A DNA stretch of 64,000 nt from Acidobacteriota bacterium (lineage in GTDB: Bacteria > Acidobacteriota > UBA6911), in contig OY761556.1 in assembly GCA_963664705.1 (NCBI GenBank), positions 2,304,001-2,368,000 on the forward strand, written 5' to 3'. The notes beneath the pieces were generated by a model, which was not told the origin of the DNA, searched no databases, and worked only from the letters and a program-made list of their open reading frames with translations. This document shows, one piece after another, positions 58,213-64,000 of the stretch. Positions within the stretch are counted from its first letter, which is position 1, and each line of letters opens with the position of its first letter. Position numbers and translations under genes: made by a program.

Positions 58213-59283
58213 TTACCGGAGGAAGGCGTTCTTTGCCTTGTAAACATAAGCAAGGATTTCAGCTACGGCTTTATACAGGCTGGCGGGAATATATTCGCCG
58301 ATTTTGACCGATTTATACAAAGTACGGGCCAGCGGCCGGTTTTCCACCATGGGAATACCATGGTCTTGTGCCAACTCCTTAATTTTGAGCGCCAAAAATC
58401 CGACACCTTTGGCGACTACCTTGGGAGCCTCCATGGCATCCATTTTGTAAGAGAGGGCGATGGCATAGTGGGTGGGGTTTGTGATAACGACATCCGCTTT
58501 CGGAACGTCTGACATCATGCGCTTGCGGGACATCTCGCGCTGAATTCTGCGGATTCGACTTTTGGTGGTCGGGTCCCCTTCCGTCTCCTTGAATTCTTCT
58601 TTTACTTCCTGCTTCGTCATCTTCAGCCCTTCGGTAAAGCGATACCGTTGGAAGAAGTAATCCGCTATGGCGACGACAACAAGCAGGACAGCGACGCGTA
58701 TAAAAATCTCATAGCTGATCGTTGTGGTCCAATGAAACAGCTTCCGGACATCCATCAAGACCAGTTGAGGATACAGGGACAGGTGCTTGGCTATTACCTG
58801 GTAGCAGATCACGGAGACCGCGGAAAGCATGATCAGGCTTTTGGCCAGTTCCACCGATCCGTTTTTGGAAAAAATCTTCTTCACCCCGTTCTTGGGGTTT
58901 AGCTTTTCAAAGTGAAACCCCAACGGCTCGGTTGTAAACAGGAATCCTCCCTGAAGAAGGTTGGATGTGAGGGAGAAAACCAATACTGCGAGGAGAATCG
59001 GCACCAGGACCATCGCAACTCGGAGCGAAATGCCGTTCAGGAGGCCGCTCAGGTAAGTGATCGAAGGATCCGCAGGAACGTGGAAGTTAAAGCTGTGCAG
59101 CATCTCATTTTGGAGTGTTTTGAGGAAGGTCTGTCCGAAATAGGTCAAGACCAGGAGACCGCACAGAAGGACAGCGGCGGCAGAGACCTCCCGGCTGCGC
59201 GCAACCTGCCCTTTCTCACGGGCTTTCTCAAGGCGCCGCCTAGTAGGTTGTTCTGACTTGTTGTCGGTACTGCCGCTCATCAA
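58213..59283 (-). CDS. flhB: Flagellar export switch protein
   Basis: KAREKGQVARS, KMTKQEVKEE.KETEGDP, NPTH cleavage motif. Confidence 0.97.
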   Translation of the reverse strand: MMSGSTDNKSEQPTRRRLEKAREKGQVARSREVSAAAVLLCGLLVLTYFGQTFLKTLQNEMLHSFNFHVPADPSITYLSGLLNGISLRVAMVLVPILLAVLVFSLTSNLLQGGFLFTTEPLGFHFEKLNPKNGVKKIFSKNGSVELAKSLIMLSAVSVICYQVIAKHLSLYPQLVLMDVRKLFHWTTTISYEIFIRVAVLLVVVAIADYFFQRYRFTEGLKMTKQEVKEEFKETEGDPTTKSRIRRIQREMSRKRMMSDVPKADVVITNPTHYAIALSYKMDAMEAPKVVAKGVGFLALKIKELAQDHGIPMVENRPLARTLYKSVKIGEYIPASLYKAVAEILAYVYKAKNAFLR

Positions 59284-60066
59284 TTACCCCTGTACAGCGC
59301 GCACGAGCGAAAACAATGTCCCGTGCAGCGCGGAGTAAACTCCTTCCAGGTATCTTGGAAGAAAGTAGAATGAGAAGCTCAGGCACCCAAACCCGATGAG
59401 GGTCTTCAGCGGCATCCCCACAATCAGTATGTTGATTTGCGGAGCTGCGCGCCCAACCACTCCCATGACAACATCCGTGATCACTGACACGGCAATGACA
59501 GGACCGGCAATCCGAATGCCGATAACGAGAAGCTCGCCGGTGAGTCGAATAATAAACTCCATCAGGGATGCGTGAAGATGGGCACCGCCAACGGGCAACA
59601 GGGTAAAGCTCTGATTGACAGCAAGCAGAAACCAGTGATGCCCATTGATCAAAAGAAAAAACAGGAGGCCCAGATAATTCTGCAAAAAGGAAAAAACCGA
59701 CGACTCCACCTGGGTCTGCGGATCGATGACATTAATCAAAGAAAAGCCCAGCTGAAAGGAAACAACCTGCCCGGCAAACTGAAACCCCGCAAAAACACAC
59801 ATGGCTGCAAATCCAAGGAGAACTCCAAACAATATTTCGCCGGGAAACAGCGTCACCATATTGCCGAGATCCATTTCAGCGGGAATCGATCGGAGTGGCA
59901 GCGATGGGGCCAAAACAAAACTGGCAACAAGCGTAAAAGCAATGCGAACGGAGGCGGGGATTGTCTGACTGCTGAAGAGCGGGGCCAGAATCATGATCCC
60001 TGAAATGCGCAGAAGCACAATCAGAAAACGAACGATTTCGGCATCAGAAAAAAGGATAGGAGCCAT
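59284..60066 (-). CDS. fliR: Flagellar export protein
   Basis: LRISG...APLF, AGQ...QLGF....DP, NGHH, RAAPQINI..VGMPLK. Confidence 0.94.
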   Translation of the reverse strand: MAPILFSDAEIVRFLIVLLRISGIMILAPLFSSQTIPASVRIAFTLVASFVLAPSLPLRSIPAEMDLGNMVTLFPGEILFGVLLGFAAMCVFAGFQFAGQVVSFQLGFSLINVIDPQTQVESSVFSFLQNYLGLLFFLLINGHHWFLLAVNQSFTLLPVGGAHLHASLMEFIIRLTGELLVIGIRIAGPVIAVSVITDVVMGVVGRAAPQINILIVGMPLKTLIGFGCLSFSFYFLPRYLEGVYSALHGTLFSLVRAVQG

Positions 60067-60099
60067 TCTTAGGAACTCGCATTCCAAAAACGGGATGCA

Positions 60100-60369
60100 T
60101 CAACGAGCAAATCGCTCCAAATGTCCATACAGCTGTGTTGTAAACGACAGCAGGGTGCTCAGCATCCAAGGCAAAACGAAAAGGAATGTCACAAACACGG
60201 CAATGACCCTGGGAACAAAAGATAAGGTCATATCCTGGATTGAGGTTACCACCTGAAAAATGCTTACCAGAACACCAACCACAAGAGAAACCACCAACAG
60301 CGGCCCACTCACCATCAGTGTTATTTGAAGCGTATCCTTGGCAAGTTTGAGTACCATTTCCGGGGTCAT
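60100..60369 (-). CDS. fliQ: Flagellar export protein
   Basis: VGVLVSIFQVVTSIQDMTLSFVP...PWML. Confidence 0.95.
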   Translation of the reverse strand: MTPEMVLKLAKDTLQITLMVSGPLLVVSLVVGVLVSIFQVVTSIQDMTLSFVPRVIAVFVTFLFVLPWMLSTLLSFTTQLYGHLERFAR

Positions 60370-60415
60370 TAAAAATTCTCCATATGCCTATGGCCCGGGT
60401 AAAATCCGGGCTTCC

Positions 60416-61186
60416 TCAATAGAAACTCCGTACCAGGGAACCTATGATCAGGTTCCATCCATCCACCATCACAAACAGAAGAATCTTGAAAGGAGTGGAT
60501 ACAAGGGCCGGCGGGAGTTGCATCATCCCCATCGAAAGCAAGACGGAAGCAACCACCATGTCTATGACGAGAAATGGAATAAACAGCACGAAGCCGATAT
60601 TAAAGGCTGTTTTGAGCTCCGAAATCATAAAACTCGGGATCACGACCCGCATCGGCAATTCCTGCGCATTCTTGGGTTTTGGCATTTTGGCGATGCTCAT
60701 GAACAATGCCAGGTCTTTTTCGCGCGTATAGCGCAGCATGAATTGACGCAGAGGCACACTGGCCTGATCCAGCGCCTGCATTTCCGTGATTTTCCCATTC
60801 AGCATGGGTTGCAGCGCCTCCTGATTCATTCGATCTGCAACCGGTTGCATGATGAAATAGGTAAGGAACAGGGACAGACCGATGAGCACCTGGTTTGGAG
60901 GCATGGTCTGCGTCCCAAGAGCCTGCCGCAGGAAATGGGATACAATGATCAGTCGAGTAAAAGAAGTAACGGAAACAAGAATCGCGGGGATTACCGACAG
61001 GATTGTCAGCAGAACGAGAATCTGCATTGGCGTTGTAAGCCCGCCTTTGCTTGCTCCCCCGCCAATCCTGAGTTCCACGCCGGAAAAGTCTGCGCCAAAA
61101 GCCGTCTGAGCTGATAATAGGGTCATACCCAGAATGGCCAGGAGCAGAATCTTCACTGCAAATCGATGGGACTTCTTCATATTCAT
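60416..61186 (-). CDS. fliP: Flagellar export protein
   Basis: TSFTRLII, LRQALGTQ..PPNQVL, ISELKTAF, MGMMQLPP, VDGW. Confidence 0.96.
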   Translation of the reverse strand: MNMKKSHRFAVKILLLAILGMTLLSAQTAFGADFSGVELRIGGGASKGGLTTPMQILVLLTILSVIPAILVSVTSFTRLIIVSHFLRQALGTQTMPPNQVLIGLSLFLTYFIMQPVADRMNQEALQPMLNGKITEMQALDQASVPLRQFMLRYTREKDLALFMSIAKMPKPKNAQELPMRVVIPSFMISELKTAFNIGFVLFIPFLVIDMVVASVLLSMGMMQLPPALVSTPFKILLFVMVDGWNLIIGSLVRSFY

Positions 61187-61208
61187 TGCCGGTTACCCGC
61201 GATCAAAG

Positions 61209-61832
61209 CTATGACCGTTCCAGAGCTTCACGCAATTGGCGCATCTTCACCCGAAGATCATCGGGCAATGGATGAGCTGCCTGCTGAATAGAATGGCGAT
61301 TTTTTTCCACCTCAAACAGGTTGCGGAACGGCGCTCCGGCTCCCTTCTTGGAGGTGCCTTTGGAAGGCGCAGGCATTTCTTCCGGTTCCGATAGTAAGGA
61401 CACCGGGTCCGGCAGCATGGCCAGCAGGTTGATCTGATGAGGCGTGTTGCCGACGAGGTATCGACTATTCCCTACTTCAACCAGGGAAATGGATCGCCGA
61501 TCCCCCATTCCCAGCGTTTCGATTATTTTCAGATTTCTCTGAGAGGCCGGTTTATTGAAGTACCGCGGTGCGAACCTTTTGACGCCAAAGAAAGCGCCGA
61601 GCATCAGGAAGACCACCAGGCCCATTCCGCCGATTGTTCTCATGATCGGGAACTGCATGTCTGCTACTTTGGTATCCGGGATCGTCGATACCGGGGAGGG
61701 ATCCGGCACAGGCACGGTGGCTTCTGCGACAGCCTTGGTTTCCGGCGCAGGCGAGGAAGGGGTGGCGGCCTGCACACAGACAGGTAATGCCAACAGCATA
61801 CATATCACAAGGTTTCGCAAATGTACTTTCAC
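61209..61832 (-). CDS. fliO: Flagellar biosynthetic protein FliO
   Basis: TM followed by LKIIETLGMGDRRSISLVEVG....LVGNT..QINLL; upstream of fliP. Confidence 0.85.
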   Translation of the reverse strand: MKVHLRNLVICMLLALPVCVQAATPSSPAPETKAVAEATVPVPDPSPVSTIPDTKVADMQFPIMRTIGGMGLVVFLMLGAFFGVKRFAPRYFNKPASQRNLKIIETLGMGDRRSISLVEVGNSRYLVGNTPHQINLLAMLPDPVSLLSEPEEMPAPSKGTSKKGAGAPFRNLFEVEKNRHSIQQAAHPLPDDLRVKMRQLREALERS

Positions 61833-61842
61833 AATAATCCTC

Positions 61843-62130
61843 CTATCTCCCGGTATAAAAATCGGTCAATCGAATTCCGGTAGAACCTTCAAGCTTGATC
61901 ACCTCGCCCGAGGCAACCAGCGTCCCATTCATCAGTATGTCCACGTTTTCACCCGCCGATTTTTCCATTTCTATCAGCGAGCTTGGCTCGAGTTGCAAAA
62001 TATCGCGAACCCTCATGGATCGAGTGCCAAGCTGGATGGATATCCTTATGGGCACGTCTCCAAAAAACTGCATTTCCTCAAACGCGCTTCGTCCTGAACT
62101 TTTATCGACTTCACTGGGACTGTCTGACAT
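61843..62130 (-). CDS. fliN: Second FliN (SpoA domain)
   Basis: DVPIRISIQLG, ILQL..SSLIEMEKSAGE.VDI..NG..VASGEV, GIRL. Confidence 0.88.
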   Translation of the reverse strand: MSDSPSEVDKSSGRSAFEEMQFFGDVPIRISIQLGTRSMRVRDILQLEPSSLIEMEKSAGENVDILMNGTLVASGEVIKLEGSTGIRLTDFYTGR

Positions 62131-62147
62131 ACACCAACCTCGGATCT

Positions 62148-62678
62148 CTAGAGTTGAACAACGAAATCGACGATGTACACTTCCAGAACTTTTGTTTCCG
62201 GAGAAATGGTGTTAATTTTGGTTCGAATTTCATTTCTGAGCAGTTCCTTTCCTTCCGGACTCAGCACCTGCTCGGCCTTTTTCGAAGTCAATAAAGAGAT
62301 TATGGTGTCCCGTATTGCGGGGATGGCGGCCCCCTTTTTCATTTCCTCATTCGGTTCTTTTGCCAGACCGAGTTGAAACGTTGCCTTTACAAAGCGGACC
62401 TCGTCCGTATCCGCAAGATTCAGCAGGAAAGGATCGAGAGCAATCGTCGCTTTCACCTCTTCTTTTTCGGGCGCCGGTTTCGCCTTGCTTTCCGCCTTCG
62501 CTCCCCTGGCGTGAAACACCACATAGGCGGCAGCTCCGCCTCCCAAAACCAGAACTAACAGCCCGATCAGCATAAAGAGCTTCTTTTTCGATTTAGCCGG
62601 GGCTTCTTCGCCGGTTTTGTTTTCAACGATAGGCTTATCCATCTTTTTGGTTTCCGATTTCGCAGCAGCATCAGCCAT
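62148..62678 (-). CDS. fliL: Basal-body protein FliL
   Basis: KKKLF..TM GGGAAAY, LDPFLLNLAD, IRDTIISLL, EGKELLRNEI, DFVVQ. Confidence 0.93.
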   Translation of the reverse strand: MADAAAKSETKKMDKPIVENKTGEEAPAKSKKKLFMLIGLLVLVLGGGAAAYVVFHARGAKAESKAKPAPEKEEVKATIALDPFLLNLADTDEVRFVKATFQLGLAKEPNEEMKKGAAIPAIRDTIISLLTSKKAEQVLSPEGKELLRNEIRTKINTISPETKVLEVYIVDFVVQL

Positions 62679-62719
62679 TGATCAGTTCCTCCATGCACAG
62701 ATCACTCGGGATACTGCAA

Positions 62720-62735
62720 TGCAACTCATATGCCA
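62720..62735 (-). promoter_or_regulatory. sigma54 promoter of fliL-fliN-fliO-P-Q-R-flhB
   Basis: TGGCATATGAGTTGCA. Confidence 0.8.
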
Positions 62736-62974
62736 GTAAGTGGATTTTGCTGGATTGAAGACGGGAATACTTTCGATGATTGGAGTACGGCCTGTGAACG
62801 AGGGCGACGGGGAGCCGCCCCAACTTATAACTTTATGTATTTAAACAGTTTGGTCTGAGAGTCACAAATGACGGCACCTGGAGACACATTGAGTATTGCG
62901 ATAGCACGGTCGCGTCAGCGCTCTCAATCAGAATAGGAACTGAAGGTTTCAGTGCGGTTTGATCGTCATTGGTG

Positions 62975-64000
62975 TCAAACATGCTCGATCGATTGACAAA
63001 TTTCTGACTCCTCAGTCAAGAGTCTGCCTTCATCGGCGAAGCATGCCTGGTTTTTCCCGTTGCGCTTGGCCTCGTACATAGCCTCATCGGCGCAGGAGAT
63101 GATCTGCCGTGGTTCCAGCAGATTGAAGGTAGAACAGCAGGAAACTCCGATGCTGATGGTCCGATGAACGTGGCCGTCCGGAATGAGAAACGGATACGCC
63201 ATAAAGGCGGCCCGGAGATTCTCCGCGACTCTCGCGGCGCCGGCTGAGTTTGTCCGCGGCAAAAGAACCGTAAACTCCTCGCCTCCATAACGAGCGACGA
63301 AATCGGTCACCCGAAGCGACCGTCGAAGAAGGGAGCCCGCCTGACGCAGGACTTCATCCCCAGTCTGATGTCCGTGAATATCGTTGATCTGTTTGAAATC
63401 ATCAATATCGATCATCAGACAGCTCAATACCTCTCCATAGCGGCGAACCCGGGCCACTTCCATTTCAAGCTGTTCAAACAGCCTGCGTTTGTTAAAAAGC
63501 CCCGTGGATTCGTCAGTATGGGCCAATTCCTGAAGTTTGAGATTCAGCTGCGTCAGCCGCATCTCATGATCCCGGAGCCGGGCGTTGGCGGTCGCCAGCT
63601 CCTGGCGCGTGAGCACGTTATCCAATGATGACGAAAGATGGGCCGCCACCAGCAGTCCCAGGTGGTACTCAAGCTTATCAAAACGGTTTGAATGATTGGA
63701 TACCAACTCCAGGCAGCCAAGCGTCCTCCTCATTGCGGTAAATGGAAGTATCATCACCGAACGAGGGAGCGTCGCCTCGGCCGCGCCGGAAAACCTGCGA
63801 ATTTTCCTCGACGCCTGAGTATCCGGAACCCACAATGGCGCTGCGGACCGGATAACCGCTCCGGTAAGGCCACTGCTTAGCGGGATCAGCTCCTCACTTT
63901 TGGGAATACGCGGGCCGGCGAGGCGAATACGCCGATATTTGGATCCATCGACAATGCAGAGTCGTATGGGATCATCCGGGAAATAAGCTTGAAAATAGGT
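62975..64000 (-). CDS. GAF-GGDEF diguanylate cyclase (5' end outside window)
   Basis: Frame open to base 64000; TDESTGLFNKR, DIDDFKQIND.HGH..GD, I-site RVTD, RYGGEEF. Confidence 0.92.
   Translation of the reverse strand, partial: TYFQAYFPDDPIRLCIVDGSKYRRIRLAGPRIPKSEELIPLSSGLTGAVIRSAAPLWVPDTQASRKIRRFSGAAEATLPRSVMILPFTAMRRTLGCLELVSNHSNRFDKLEYHLGLLVAAHLSSSLDNVLTRQELATANARLRDHEMRLTQLNLKLQELAHTDESTGLFNKRRLFEQLEMEVARVRRYGEVLSCLMIDIDDFKQINDIHGHQTGDEVLRQAGSLLRRSLRVTDFVARYGGEEFTVLLPRTNSAGAARVAENLRAAFMAYPFLIPDGHVHRTISIGVSCCSTFNLLEPRQIISCADEAMYEAKRNGKNQACFADEGRLLTEESEICQSIEHV

Overview
This ~64 kb bacterial window is probably from Acidobacteriota (an inference from the flagellin style and gene context). 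Bases 1-20.7 kb are mixed housekeeping and signalling genes: an acyl-CoA ligase-ACP-acyltransferase fusion, a UpxY-type antiterminator, Sua5, TerC, mglBA, a TPR protein, a 12-Cys protein, cysE, carAB, lepB, rnz, a B12/radical SAM enzyme, cheX, an HD-GYP response regulator and a frameshifted GNAT. Bases 20.7-64 kb are a large flagellar cluster: motAB/flbD, a nonulosonic-acid flagellin glycosylation operon, two short flagellins, maf, fliDS, csrA/fliW, flgKLNM, an FlgJ-M23 fusion, flgIHAGF, fliAMN, flhGFAB, fliRQPO, a second fliN, fliL, and a GAF-GGDEF cyclase cut by the window end. Four sigma54 and eight sigma28 promoter motifs and CsrA-type hairpins can be read directly from the DNA. The best novelty candidate is a flagellum-linked c-di-GMP module. 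It centres on a stand-alone Zn-finger-MshEN protein inside the fliA-fliM-fliN operon, together with a sigma28-driven HD-GYP operon and a neighbouring GGDEF gene. An ATP-grasp/HAD-containing glycosylation pathway and an ~85-bp REP-like repeat family are also notable. No rRNA, tRNA, CRISPR array or transposase was seen.
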